Positions 39,075 through 52,909 are shown, counted from the first letter of the whole stretch. The stretch is DNA of 63,548 bases, filler included, from Octopus bimaculoides (GCF_001194135.2; 6 parts of 6 records of this genome joined end to end with filler, not necessarily neighbours in it), one strand, 5' to 3'. The notes: generated from the sequence alone by a model not told the origin. Translations and numbers: made by a program.

Positions 39075-39592
39075 GGCCTATTAAAAAAGAATGACCTGAT
39101 TTCATTACGCAATATTTTAATAAGGAAAAGCAATAGAAAACTCCAGCTAAGTCACAAGTATTTACTTACAATCAACTTTTATTTCTTGTCTTCCAAGTGT
39201 TCAATGTGGCCACCACTTGCAGCACGGACAACATCAATGCAATAAGAGAATTCCTCCCACACGAGTATCTGTTTGGCCTGCGAGATCTCCAGACCTCACC
39301 GTATCTGATTTTTTTCTTGAAGAGATATTTAAAAAATCGCGTTTATGTTCCACCGCCACCTAACCTCGATGACCTTAAACATCGAATAAAAACAGCGATC
39401 AACTCAGTGGATCCTGATATGCTGATACGCGTTTGGGAGAAATCCTCTAATCGCATTGATGTTGCCCGTGCTGAAGGTGGTGGCCACATTGAACACTTGT
39501 AAGACAGAAAATAAAAGTTGATTGTGAGTAAATATATAGCTGGAGTTTTCTATTGCGTAATAAATCGGTTCATTCTTTTTTGAATAACCCTG
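39073..39592 (+). mobile_element. Tc1/mariner-derived fold-back element (transposase C-terminus flanked by long inverted arms)
   Basis: WPARSPDLT..DFF / YLKNRVYVPPPPNLDDLKHRIKTAI...RIDVARAEGGGHIEHL* is a mariner-type C-terminus. 39073-39269 is an inverted copy of 39424-39592. The right end is followed by TA. Confidence 0.85.
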
Positions 39593-39907
39593 TATATATA
39601 TCCTGTATATATATACATACACACATATACTGAAATAGGGATGCATATGAACAACAATAGAAGAGAGTTACAAGACGCTAGCTATAGCAATACCTTTCCG
39701 CGCATGTCCACTCCACACACGCTCACACATGCACATCGGCAACATTCGTCAATTTCTTTGAAATGGGGTCATAACCCCGAAATATTGAATACAAGGTGAA
39801 TGAGTCTACGTTAATTCACATATTTGTTTTCTTGTGATTTACCTTGCATTTACTTCGCATTGTTTTGGCCTTACACACGATCCTTTATACAATATATATA
39901 TATACAT

Positions 39908-40110
39908 GCGTGGTTATGCGGCAAGAAGCCTGTTTTCCAACCACATGGTTCCGGGTTCAGTGCTACTGCATGGCATCTTGGGCAAGTGTCTTCAACTATA
40001 GCCTCGGACCGATCAAAGCCTCTTGGGTGGATTTAGTAGACAGATATATGTATATATCTATGTGTGTGTCATTGTGTCTATTTATCCCCGTCACCACTTG
40101 ACAACCCGTG
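39908..40110 (+). mobile_element. SINE family B, 5' part
   Basis: ccaaccacatggttccgggttcag...cttgggcaagtgtcttc...gcctcggaccgatcaaagcc. Confidence 0.8.
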
Positions 40111-40491
40111 AAATGACTGGGACCCTTTAGCGGAGTTGATTTTGCTGAAAGGATTCAGCTCAAATCCTCTGAGCTGAAATTTTCTTTTCTCTCACCAAAC
40201 AGCGGACTCCTTGAAAAGGATCGTTGATTGGTGTTCTTCCTCCGATGTATTCATATATGTGAGTGTGCATGTGTATGTATGTATGTATGTATGTGTTGTG
40301 TATATGCGTTTGTGTGTGTAAAGAAAAGAAAATTACCGTGTTTCCTCTGTACTAATATACTTGAAAAAATATTTGAAGGTTGCGCATTCTCGTTCCTTCG
40401 TCTGAGTTGGCTTCGTTGAAGTAGAATATCAATAATATACGACGTTAAAATAGCATTACCGCCTCCTCTCACTTTGTATGCTTCTACTTCT

Positions 40492-40533
<42 letters not shown>

Positions 40534-40920
40534 TCTCTCTCTCTCAGTTACTTTGAACTCCTACGCACACACGCTTACAAACACGTACACATACACACAT
40601 ATCCTCAGATTGATACACAGACACTACATATACGCTCAAACATTTATGCGCACGCACGTATAAATATGCACGCGCACATAGGTACACATTCATCCATACA
40701 TTCACACACACATACGCCTACATCCATATACATACATACACAGATAGACACACAGAGACATACGCGCGCGCACACGCACACATTCGTATTCCGTTTGACG
40801 TAAAAAGAATAGACAGACACTCATACTTATTCATGGCTTTATGTATTTGCGTATGTGAATCGAAATATTTTCTTCCCTCACTGTAAAGGTATACGCGCGC
40901 TCGCGCATGCTCACACACAT

Positions 40921-40990
<70 letters not shown>

Positions 40991-42083
40991 GGATAGACAG
41001 ATAGATAGACAGACAGACAGATAGATATACCACAATGTTTTACTTTAGATATTTTACAAAGCGGACAACAATAGATGATGGCGTGTTCAGTACTCGAGGA
41101 AACTAGAAAGAAATAGTTTAATGAGTCTGTATTTAATATTGTTGTTGCTGCTGCTGCTGCAGCTGTTTCATCTGCTGTTTTGGTTGTCGTAGCAGTTGTT
41201 GAACCTACAACCATTGTTGCAGTTATTGATGAGCTTCGTGTCTCCTTTGCGCTTGACAACTGATGACGTAAATGAAACTAAGAGAATAATGCATAAATAA
41301 CGTTTGTTCGTTCAGAATTTTTTTTGGATATTACCGTTGACAGTTGTTCATTTAGTTAATTAGTTTGCTTGCTAATTATTTACAAAGATCATTGGTCTTG
41401 TGAGTGAAATGTTGGTTTCATTCATGACCGATGAACCCGATGTCATGACCGATGTCACCCGATGTTGTACTACAAGCGGTCATATATGTATATAAGCATG
41501 TATGAGTTTAATTCAATTTTTACAGAGTTCAAGCCGGTTACTAACAAAGTAACAAGTCTTTTTGAGTTACGAGAGTTCCCGGTGTTTGTAAATACGTAGT
41601 TGAGTAGGTGTGTTGGTTGAATTGTGTGCATTTAGTCGAATAAGAATCTCATACGAAGAATTTTTGGTATGTGCCATTCATAGATTGGATTTGGAGAATC
41701 TGCGTCAGTTTCTTTTGCTCTTTTTTCTATGAAACCGAATTTTTCTAGGTTTTTGTGCAAACTTGCGGGCACATAACCTTATGCACTTCTGATCATAGGT
41801 ACAAATGGGAATTCACAGCCAGGGTACAACATAAGTATTCTCTTTTTGGTGGACTTTTGATTGTACATTCACATCTGCTGGACAGCTGTCCTCTACAACA
41901 GTGCAAAACTTTTCTCCGTGTCCCACAGAACAAAATCAAGTCTGATATGTTTGCACCGAAATGATGTTTTTTATCTTTTATTTATTCCTTGTTTTTGAAG
42001 GTGTGGATACCTGCTGTTTCTGACATGCCTTTAATTATGTGAATCCCTCTTTCTAGTTCTGCACGCACACACACACACATGTA

Positions 42084-42146
<63 letters not shown>

Positions 42147-42165
42147 ATGTGTGTGTATGTGTGCT

Positions 42166-42208
<43 letters not shown>

Positions 42209-42692
42209 TATGCATGTGTATAGGTTGCTAGAATCCCAGCAGGATTAAAGACCTATGAAAGGACGGATGGACCCACTATAGCTTCGACGACTATCTAGCA
42301 ATAGTACGAGCACTCAGAAATTCCGGGTTGGCATCCGGCTTGATGAAAGACCTCTCAGAGTGAGGCACCCTTCAGTTTTTGTTAAAACATGTCTATAAGG
42401 TCCCTCTGATATGCAAGTCACCAAATATGTAGGGAATGGCATTGGACATTTGGGGGATCTTTTGTTTACGCTTGAGAACATGGTGCTCCCACATTCCTGA
42501 AATTATGGTCCATTTTGACACACGATGTCTTGCACCGGGTTGTTTATGGGCCACATCAATAGTGCAGTGAGGGTCTATGAGATTTTATGAAAGCCTTAAT
42601 AGACCTAACATTTTGCACAGTCATTGCTTTGTCAGTGCTGGTCACACTCGCTGGTTTCATCAGTAAATAGTTGTAGTAGATGGTGTAATTAT

Positions 42693-42895
42693 TGTTAACC
42701 CCAGATCAACCTTGATCGAATGAACCAATGTTTAAAAGGCTTCCACCCATGTCCAGCCCATCTCTTTGGGTGTATCTAGGTCTACATTACCCAGTGTGTC
42801 CTTTCCTATTTTAAAATAGTAAAGCGAAATACGATGGAAATTTGGTTGCAATTTTTAACCGGTCTAACGAACATGTAGAGAAAGCCTGTACATGT
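42693..42895. repeat. Family C repeat, opposite orientation to 300-515
   Basis: ttaaccccagatcaaccttgatcgaa is close to the reverse complement of tcgatcaggattgatctggggttaa at ~487-510. Confidence 0.55.
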
Positions 42896-44384
42896 TCGCA
42901 ATCTCGACTTACCGACACGAAGTAATATGCATATTGGCTTTAACTACCTCGACATTATAATATAAACCAGTAAACAGTTAGTCGTTGTACCAAAACTGTA
43001 AAACTTCTAACTTTTTAACCTTAAGTTTAATATTGGCAAACGCCGTATATTTTTATCAATCTACGTTATATATCCGGTCTCTTGTAGCTGTGGAAACAAT
43101 GAAGCAAGTTTATGAAACTAGGCGGTTGGCCGGTTATCTATAAATGATGAACAAAATAGATTGTGTTGTTGCCTAATATTTCAGCAAAAAAATTTCAAGA
43201 TTGTTTAAAAACTGCTTCAATGGGTCACATTATCATTTAGAAAGGTTACTACGTCTTCGCTGAGAGAGTAACTATCTAATGTTGCAATAAGATATACAGG
43301 TAAACCAACAAATTGTTCTATATCTGTCTGTCTGTCTGTGTGTCTTTCTTTCTCTCTCTCTCTCCTTCTCTCACGCTACCTCTCTCTTTGTTTTTATCTG
43401 TGATTTTATCTTTCTACCTCTCATTCTCTATTCCTTACTCTTTATACACATGTATACACATATGGTGTATACACACGTATGCACACACATTTAATTATTA
43501 ATGCATTAGTGGGAAACTGAAACGATGCCAAAACAAACCATCCTATTTTATATTCTCTTCTACTTCCAGGTGTCCAATTTATCTATTCCTTTCTAAAATA
43601 GATACCAGTGCAACTGGAAAAGCTAGCTTAATAGATTCTCGAACTAGCTTAGCGTCAAAATCTACTTAGATCTACAAGACGAAGATGTCAAAAAAGATAG
43701 GTATCAGTGAGTCGGAAAAAATGTAACTTTACATTTGGTTATCATTCTTTCTTTGGAGAACAAATTACCTTGTTAAATAAGATGGTGAACTCCTTTTAAT
43801 TTCAGAAAACTACCGAGGTTGTCTTTGCCTTACGTCCTTCGGGAATCGGTAAAATATATCTAACGCGGGTAAATATTATTAAAATATACTACTTAAACCT
43901 AAAAGGTATGTAAATTAAAGCAGCTTAAGTTAAGGGTGTTGTACACATACACTCGCAAACACACACTAACTCGAGTCTACGAACACGCAGACACACACGC
44001 ACACGCACACACGCACACACACTCACACACAGTTATATACCAACAGCAAGAGAAGTATAAAAATTTTGAGAAGGAGCATGGACAGCAAATACATACCCAC
44101 GAACGAGGCTGTTTAAAACAATAACCACAAGATCTATATATTAGGGGGAAACCATACCAACACACACACAAAAAAAAATAATAACAAAAACGCTGTAAAA
44201 TACGGGATCTGTAAAATTCGAGATCTTACACGACATGGTAAGATTTTGAATTTCTGGTTAATATGTTTAAAATATTTGACTGGGATATATTGATACAAAT
44301 AGAGAGATTTAATAAGATACTGACGGACATTTTACTGGTTCACTGAGAGAAAAATCCACCTTAATCTCGAAGAAACAGTGATAC

Positions 44385-44535
44385 CTTTACGTTCTGAGTT
44401 CAAATTCCGCCAAGGTCGACTTTACCTTTCATCCTTTCGTGGTCGATTAATTAAGTACCAGTTGCGTACTGGTTCGACCTAATCAACTGGCCCCCTCCCC
44501 CAAAATTTTGGGACTGTACCTAGAGTAGAAAAGAA
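44385..44535 (+). mobile_element. SINE family A, 5'-truncated
   Basis: ttacgttctgagttcaaattccgccaaggtcgactttacctttcatcctttcg... Confidence 0.85.
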
Positions 44536-44848
44536 TATAGAAGAGAATATATAAACAACTGGAAACCCATTTTTTCCTCCAGAAGAGCAAAGGGCAATAT
44601 GGCTACAAGCGCAAATTATTTTTCAGCAAACACAGTCGAGCGGCGGGTTTCTCTGTCGCCAGTCTTTATCAACTTGGCGCAAACACTACCCAACAAATTA
44701 AACCAGATGCAACTCGGTTATGGAACGACAATCAACCAACTCATATATGTGTGTGTGCATATATATATATATATATATATNNNNNNNNNNGGATTAAATA
44801 AAAAGACAACAAAAGGGAAGTATGACATACCTGTATATATATATATAC

Positions 44849-44898
<50 letters not shown>

Positions 44899-45394
44899 TA
44901 ATAATTTTAAAAACGTGTAGTAAATAAACATGCGAGCATATACTAAATACATAGATGAACGGAGAGTACAGAAGGTCACCAACTCCTCTTCAGTCATCGG
45001 CCAGAAAGTCGAGCGCAATTTCGGCCATTATCAATATTACTTCCACTCTGGAGGCACCGGCATAAAACTTGCCGGGAATGGGAACCTAAATATAACAAAA
45101 CGAGACGGGCTCGAGACGAGACAGTTAGTGGACGGACGCGGGACAAAACAACAAACCGAATAAAGGCTTAGGGTCAGATGAAGACAACAATGAAAATGAT
45201 AATAATACATACACAAAAAAAAAATGCCTTAGGGCTGCAAGACAAGACAAAAATAGGTAACGCGAAAGAGAAATGAAAATCTGTCCTAAAGGACTATAGA
45301 CAGGGGTGGAGTAGAGCGAAGAGCTCAGAAAATCGTGACCAGTCCAGTCGAAGGCAAGGCGAAAAAGAACATGTATGTATGTGTGCACGCGTGC

Positions 45395-45425
<31 letters not shown>

Positions 45426-45426
<1 letters not shown>

Positions 45427-45782
45427 GCTCGGATTTCCTTTTCAAACAAGGAGAGAGGTTCACAATTAAAACTAGATTCACTTGTGCCTCTGAGAACCTA
45501 ATTTATGTAATAACCTGCTCGGGTTGTGGACACAACTATATTGGACAGACGAGGATGACCTTGAAACGGAGAACCACTCTACATAAAAAGCAAATCCATT
45601 TCCCGCAATACAGGTAAATTCCTCTCAGTGAACATATAGAAAAATGTGTAGATAACATCAAACCATATTTCACAGTCTTCCCCTTCTACCAATGCAAAAA
45701 CAGAATTTCTCCACAAGAACGTTTAAATAAAGAAACATTTTTCATCGAAAGATACAGAACACGTCTTAATATGCACGTATAA
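45426..45782 (+). mobile_element. Penelope-like element, GIY-YIG endonuclease fragment
   Basis: FTIKTRFTCASENLIYVITCSGCGHNYIGQTRMTLKRRTTLHKKQI...R*IPLSEHIEKC...FPFYQC...KETFFIERY in one frame with a single premature stop at 45615-45617. Confidence 0.82.
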
Positions 45783-46740
45783 CCAACTTTTATCTTTTTA
45801 CATATTTCAATTCACGATTACATCACTGTACATAAATCCCTCACTAAATAAGTTTTTCGAAACTTTTTGTGTGTATACATTCCCCTCCCCTTACAGAAAG
45901 CTGAACAGTTATTTTCCTTGCCCACAACAATAACAATAATAACGATAACCAATTACCTCGCCTTATTTTTCTACTTGTGAAGTCATTCACTCGTAAATAT
46001 CATCACACACAACATGGACAAAAATTTCTTCTTAAGAAAATACATATTCAAATAAGCAAACCTTAATATCATGAATAGCGAAAGCGAAACCGGTCGATAT
46101 ATTAAAAATTATATTATAACTATGTGAAGTGTGTGTGTTTTTCTTTTTTAATATATATNNNNNNNNNNNNNNNNNNNNNNNNNNNNNNNNNNNNNNNNNN
46201 NNNNNNNNNNNNNNNNNNNNNNNNNNNNNNNNNNNNNNNNNNNNNNNNNNNNNNNNNNNNNNNNNNNNNNNNNNNNNNNNNNNNNNNNNNNNNNNNNNNN
46301 NNNNNNNNNNNNNNNNNNNNNNNNNNNNNNNNNNNNNNNNNNNNNNNNNNNNNNNNNNNNNNNNNNNNNNNNNNNNNNNNNNNNNNNNNNNNNNNNNNNN
46401 NNNNNNNNNNNNNNNNNNNNNNNNNNNNNNNNNNNNNNNNNNNNNNNNNNNNNNNNNNNNNNNNNNNNNNNNNNNNNNNNNNNNNNNNNNNNNNNNNNNN
46501 NNNNNNNNNNNNNNNNNNNNNNNNNTATATATATATATATATATATATATGCAATGAAAAGAAGAAGAAAATATTCTTTGACACATCTTTAGTTAGAAGT
46601 CACAGATGTTTCCGTACCATCTCTATTTGCAACGCCAGTTTACGCGAAAATTCAAAAGAAAAATTACGTAATATTTGCGGCTTTATATACATATTTGCAT
46701 ATATATTTTTATACATGTGTACCTACACGCACACACTCGC

Positions 46741-46772
<32 letters not shown>

Positions 46773-47291
46773 ACACACACATACGCACATATATGCATCC
46801 ATTTTTCTTATTTTTCTCTTTACATATATTTACATGATCTTACAATTGTTCCTGTTTGACTTGTTTGTGTGGATACGGATATATGTATATGTGTATACGT
46901 ATATAGTATACACTAGCTTAAAAGCCGTCCGATGTGGCGGCTTTTATGCTAGCTTCTGTGCAGGGCTCTTCATTACGCCTTGGCCCAACAATGATAATTT
47001 ATGCTTCGAGTACATATCAAATTTTTTCAAACTTCAATATTTTTCAAGCAATGACCAATTTTCATCAAAACAATGACAATTTGTCGACTTCGAACTTATT
47101 GCAAAGCTGCAAGATAAACAACAGTACCACCACCATCGCCACCCCATCTGCCATACACACATCATTCCGACTTCTAACGCCTTCCCTTCCAGCACCATTA
47201 CCACAGTCTTTCACATCGTTTACTCTCGCTTTATCTCTCACTGCCAAGGCTACCACTACCACCCTCATCACCGCCGCCTCCACCTCCATCA

Positions 47292-47395
47292 TAACTACAG
47301 TTCATACTATTACTAACATACGTACATACATACATATATATATATGCATGTATGTATGTATGTACGTATGTTAGTAATAGTATGAACTGTAGTTA
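47292..47395. repeat. Perfect 45-bp inverted repeat with 14-nt loop
   Basis: 47292-47336 pairs base-for-base with 47351-47395 (checked position by position). Confidence 0.92.
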
Positions 47396-48763
47396 CGATT
47401 CTGATGATTGCGGTTACATTACAAATCAGGCTGAAGAGGAATGGACAATCGGTAAGATTTGTTAAATCCGAAACCGGTACCTGTTTAATGATGTTTTTTT
47501 AGGTGATTTTAAATGTCCTGCCCGCTTACGTTTTGGTATACTGCTATATTTCATGCTGAGAGCAATTTAGGTCTTAATAGACACAAGATGTGATCTATTT
47601 CTAGCACATTAATTGTCCACGTTAGTGGTCAACGTTATTTTTAAAAATGTACCTTAATCCCCTGAGATTGCAGATATTATTTCTGAATCTGTTTGATTCT
47701 TTAGATGTGCTGGCCTCCTGATAATTAATCGATATTAATTAATATATGATTAATTACCATATTTTATAATTATATATATATATATATATACGTAAAATTT
47801 CACTACCAGTGGCCTAGCATGTATAAAAAGTCAATAGACAACATATTCTCAAGACTGTTTTCTCTCGTGTTTAAATGTACACTATTTTATATTGAGTATA
47901 TATATCTGTGTGGGTGTTTTTTCAAAACACTGTCTGGTTTAAAAAGCCACATCAGACGCCATGAAAGGGCTAAGGTGTAGGTGCAGGAGGTGGTCAAACT
48001 CTGTTTAAGGAGTAGACAACCACCATATATATATATATATGTATGTATGTATGCATGTATGTATGTATGTATGTATGTATGTATGTATGCGTGTGTGTGT
48101 GTGTTCCCACCACTACTACCACCACAAACCAGTGTTAGTTTGTGTATGTCTCCGTAACTTAGCTGTTCGGCAAAAGTGACCGACAGAGTAAGAATCAGGC
48201 TTTAAAAAAGGACAAAAATTACCAACCAGGAAACGCAAAAGGACATTTTATAAGAATTTTAAATCCGAAAATATACAGGAAATGGTTAACACCGCTATTA
48301 AAACAACTGCCCCTCTAGAGATTATCTTATAATATGTATGTCTGAAAAATAAAAAAACAGCGAAAAGCGCTTAACACAACACAAAACTTCTTTCCATAAG
48401 GTCTGTGCTAGTTCATTTTTTATAGCATTTTAAAAAATATAATTAGTATTCAATTTTAGATAATCTTAAATTTGCCAGGTTTTTTAGCTTGCTACGTAGA
48501 TGGGAATACCAGTTGGCAGGCTGCTGATATTAAAGTATCAAATACTTATAGTATGCAGATTAATAGCTCCAGTTCTCTGAAGCTACTGGATTTCTTGTGT
48601 TAATAAACAAGTTGGCTCCTTGTTTCATTGGCATTAGTTAAATGAATTACACCCACTGACGAGAACCCAATAAAGGTTGAAAATCGATTAACAGTGCTCA
48701 ACACTTTTTTTCAATCTACAAGGATGGGGTTAAATTTGACGTTTATATCTACTACATGGGTTT

Positions 48764-48818
<55 letters not shown>

Positions 48819-49284
48819 TTGCAAATGATTATCAACAACTAGAATCATTGCTGTAAATTATTTTAAATATATAATTTAAGCATTTAGAAAATGCGAGCAA
48901 ATGCGTAAATATCTCATAAAACACATTATTTAAATTTTTATTATATAAGATCATGACTAATTAAAAAGGTAAGCAAGAGTTTTCTATGTTTAGTCAGGAT
49001 TGTTAAGTTTTGAAACAGTTTTTTAGTGTATATGCTAAGTGAGCCAGTTAAAATGAGTGTGAACAAGATTGGTAATCAACAAATCATTTTGCAACATTTA
49101 ATTACATCTGCTGTGTTCTGAGTTAGAAATCCTGTATATATATATATATATATATATGTAAGTGTGCGCGCGCGCGCGCGCGCGCGTGTGTGTGTGTGTG
49201 TATGTGCGTGTGTGTGTGTAGATATATACGAGTGAGTGGACAAACGAAAGAAGGGCACTCAACAAATTTATTGGGAATTGCATG

Positions 49285-50571
49285 TATGGATCAAAACAGT
49301 TTGATTCAAATTTGTTGGTACTCTTGAGTTTCAAGTGTGATGCTAGTCGTTAGCTTTTTTGAATTTCAATGATAGAAGTTGATTATTATAACTGTAAGGT
49401 GGACTGTGATGGTCGAAGAAGGTCACGCGGTGTCGTGATTTGATGTTGGGATATGGGTAACAGTTAGTGAACAAGAAATTGACCTCGTGGAGGACAGGAA
49501 ATAGACCACGTGGCTGTTTCGGAATCGGTCAGGTTTTGGGGGAGAAGCGGGAAGGGGCGGCATTTGCAAGTATATAGTTCTATATGTGGGTATGTAGACG
49601 CGCTCATATGGTTTTGTGTGCATGTGTGTATTGATGCGATCGTGCGCAACTGTCCATGGGCCCGCACGCGCTCGTCTGCACACACACACACGTCTGCACA
49701 CATACACACACATACTTGGACGAGCGCACACACCCACATACATACACGTGCATTCGCTCACATGGACACACATACGTGGATGCACACATACGTACATGCG
49801 TATTTATTCATGAGTACATATGTATATTCGCATGCATTTACGCATGCATGCCAGTGTTCGAGTGCACATGTGCATTCGTGCGCGCGTCCGTGAGTATACA
49901 CGCGCAAAACAAGTGTTTGGTCACCGCTACGAACCAACCCCATGAACAGGACCACCAATTACCAATCCCCAATGTTTACCAACCCCCAACACACGCCAAT
50001 CCCCAATGCTTACGAATTCCCAACATTTACCAATCTCCAACGCTTGTTTTGTGCTAGTATCCTCACGCACACTGGTATGCATGCATACATGCATGCGAAT
50101 ATACATCTGTACATATGAATGGATACGCATGAGGGTGTACGTGCATGCCTGTATGTGTTCACGTGTGCGTATGCGCGCGTATGTGTGTACGTGTGTGCGC
50201 GTGCGTGTTCGTCCAAGTGTGTGTATGTGTGTGCAGACGTGTGCGTGCGCCCCCATGTACGGTCTCATCTTCGCACGGTCGCATCAATACATACATGCAC
50301 ACCAAACCTTATGAGCGCGTCTACACACCCACATATAGAACTATATATCTGCACATGCTGCCCTTTCTTACTTCCCCCTTCCCAACAACCTGGTTCACCA
50401 TGCGGTATTTTCCAACTAACTGTTACCCATACTCCATCATCAAACCACGACACCGCGTGACCTTGCTCGACCAATCGCAGCCCACCTTACGGTCATAACA
50501 ATCAACTTCTTTCATTCACGCTTGAAACTCAAGAGTACCAACGAATTTGAATCAAACTGTTTTGATCCATA
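49285..50571. repeat. Long fold-back element (~1.29 kb; arms 49285-49920 and 50037-50571)
   Basis: Collinear inverted homology at the termini (tatggatcaaaacagtttgattcaaatt), in the middle (ggtcacgcggtgtcgtg; gtagacgcgctcat) and at the inner ends (caaaacaag.g.ttgg). The spacer is C/A-rich. Confidence 0.88.
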
Positions 50572-51896
50572 TATATAGAGAGATAGATAGATAGATAGAG
50601 AGGGGGGAGAGGGAGAGAGGGAGAGAGAGAGAATCATTTATATCATACTTACATATGTACACTCGTGAGTATTTCCTCACACTTTCACTTGAAAAGATTA
50701 AAGGCCCAAGTGAATTGTCCCTGCAGACTAGCGGGTTTATATTAAGTAATGTTAAATAAGTACTTTGTTTGAACATATTCTCCCGAGACAAAATGCCTTA
50801 AAAAAATCAAAAAAATCAGTCGCATTAACATCGTTCGTAAACTTCGACAAACTAAAGAATTATTGCTTTACTCATGCTTTTACTGACTTTGTAATTTTCA
50901 CAAGAAAGATACTTCTTTTTTCCTTCCTAATACGCAAATTGTAGACTAGACTGAATGAATGTTCAATGAAGTTACCTTTCTTGCATTTTTAAAAATAATA
51001 CAACCAAGATAGCTGGCAGCCATATTTCTTACAGGAGAAAGTTTATGGCGGAAGCACATGCATTAAAAATTTACGCCATAGGTGTCTACATTGAAAATAA
51101 TATAGCAAATTTTCCCATGACGACAATGTTTACCGCAAAAATACATCATGGAAGTTCTAGTTAAAAAGAAAATTAACAACCAGTTTGCGCGAACCGGTAT
51201 GAACCGGATCCAGCTCCGGCATACCTGCCATACAATAATACAATGAGGGTAAGTGCTACTCTAATGGAAATTACTTCAATATGAGGGAGTGGCATAGTTC
51301 AATGGCATCACCATCGCCGAAACTAAAACTTTCAACGAAATACAACCTTAAGTGTTGAAGTATGGTGATTGAAAAAAATACAGAACTGTAGAATACAAAT
51401 GATATATAAGCATATGCATGTATACATACACATATGTACATACCTACATCTACATGTATATATAGATGCATATCCGGGTACAGGACGTTAGAAAAATGAA
51501 AGGGGACATAAAAATAAAACGGACTTTGTTTACAGGCAACAGAACGAACACATAGGAAAACAAACAAACCACTTATGGAACTATTCCTTCATCAGCTGCC
51601 TCTATTCTAAAACTAGGCGTTTCGAAGATAAGGCAGGATGCACTCTTAGAATAAGAATACCTGTCCTATTACCTCTACTATACCCAGTGAACAAAAGCCA
51701 CATTTTGGCAGGGTTATCACCTAGCAACAGGTGATACCTTTGGTATTATGCGCCTCTTCCGTATTACACCTTGAGTGCATATTTACCGATATTACTAATA
51801 GAAAATTTATATTCGAATATTTAGCACATAGAATTATCATATCAAATTAACAGAATACGTTCAATGCAATATAATTTTACAATAGCAATAGATAAT

Positions 51897-52110
51897 CTTT
51901 TCTACTATTCGCACAAAACCTGAAATTTGGGGGAGGGCTATAGTCGGTTACATCGACCCCAGTACTCAACTGCTACTTATTTTATTGATTCCGAAAGAGT
52001 GAAAGACAAAGTCGATCTCGGTGGAATTTTAACTCAGGACGTAATGACGGATGAAATGCTGCTAAGCATTTCGCCCGGCGTGCTAATGATTCTGCCAGCT
52101 CTCCGCCTTA
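51897..52110 (-). mobile_element. SINE family A
   Basis: gtcggttacatcgaccccag...gctaagcatttcgcccggcgtgctaatgattctgccagctc. Confidence 0.85.
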
Positions 52111-52315
52111 ATAACAATGAATAATAACATATAAATGTAAATTTCTATCCTGCTTTCCTGAATGCATAGGCGGTACGGAAGCTGGGACCTTCAACGTAAC
52201 TTCACATTACTTTCATGCTTTACAAAGGCACCCACTGGTCACTTGAATCTTCAAAATTCTAACGGTCCGAGCAGAATACTGTACTGTTCTTACTGCATAG
52301 TATATTATAAATTGT

Positions 52316-52635
52316 GAAGGCGTGTGGCTTAGTGGTTAGGGCATTCGGCTCACGATCATAATGTCGTGAGTTCAATTCCCGGCGACGAGTTGAGTCCTTG
52401 AGCAAGACACTTCATTTCCCGTTGTTCCAGTCCAATCAGCTAGCAAAAAGGAGTAGTACCTGTATTTCAAAGGGCCGGCCTTGTCACACTTTGTGTCACG
52501 CTGAACCTCCCTGAGAACTACGTTAAGAATACACCTGTCTGTGGAGTGCTCAGCCACTTGCACGTTAATTTCACGAGCAAGCTGTTCCGTTGATCTTATC
52601 AGCTGGGACCCTCGTCGTCATAACCGACGGAGTGC
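52316..52635 (+). mobile_element. tRNA-derived CORE-like SINE, head H1 + tail T1
   Basis: A box GTGGCTTAGTGG, B box GAGTTCAATTCC, GTCCTTGAGCAAGACACTT block, tail ending GACGGAGTGC. 9-bp TSD TATATTATA at 52301-52309 and 52639-52647. Confidence 0.9.
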
Positions 52636-52909
52636 TCCTATATTATACATTAATCTATATTTCAGATGTTGTTTCGAGCAATAAAGCAGGGGATAATTTG
52701 TCAAATATTTCTGTTGAAAACTAATTATGCCTATCGATAAAAATGTCATATTGAGCTATAAAAAAAGAAAAATTTTCTCGTGTTTTTCTTTGTTTTGTTT
52801 CTTTTTTTTAATTTTGGGACTGGTATACAGAGGTTATACATTCAGTTAACAGCGGCATCTTTGCAAGAGTACGGTAACTCAACAGAGTAATCGACCAATT
52901 GCTGTATTA

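Noticed and set aside
41520-42030. Possible degenerate LINE coding fragment on the minus strand
   Set aside because: All frames I tried contain multiple stops and I could not recognise a diagnostic motif; a TBLASTX search would be needed.
47430-47451. Possible 22-nt microexon (cag|GCTGAAGAGGAATGGACAATCG|gtaaga)
   Set aside because: There is no polypyrimidine tract, the length is not a multiple of three, and there are no partner exons on this strand.
52316-52395. tRNA-like heads of SINEs as tRNA genes
   Set aside because: They have A/B boxes but no complete cloverleaf, and they continue into SINE bodies bounded by TSDs.
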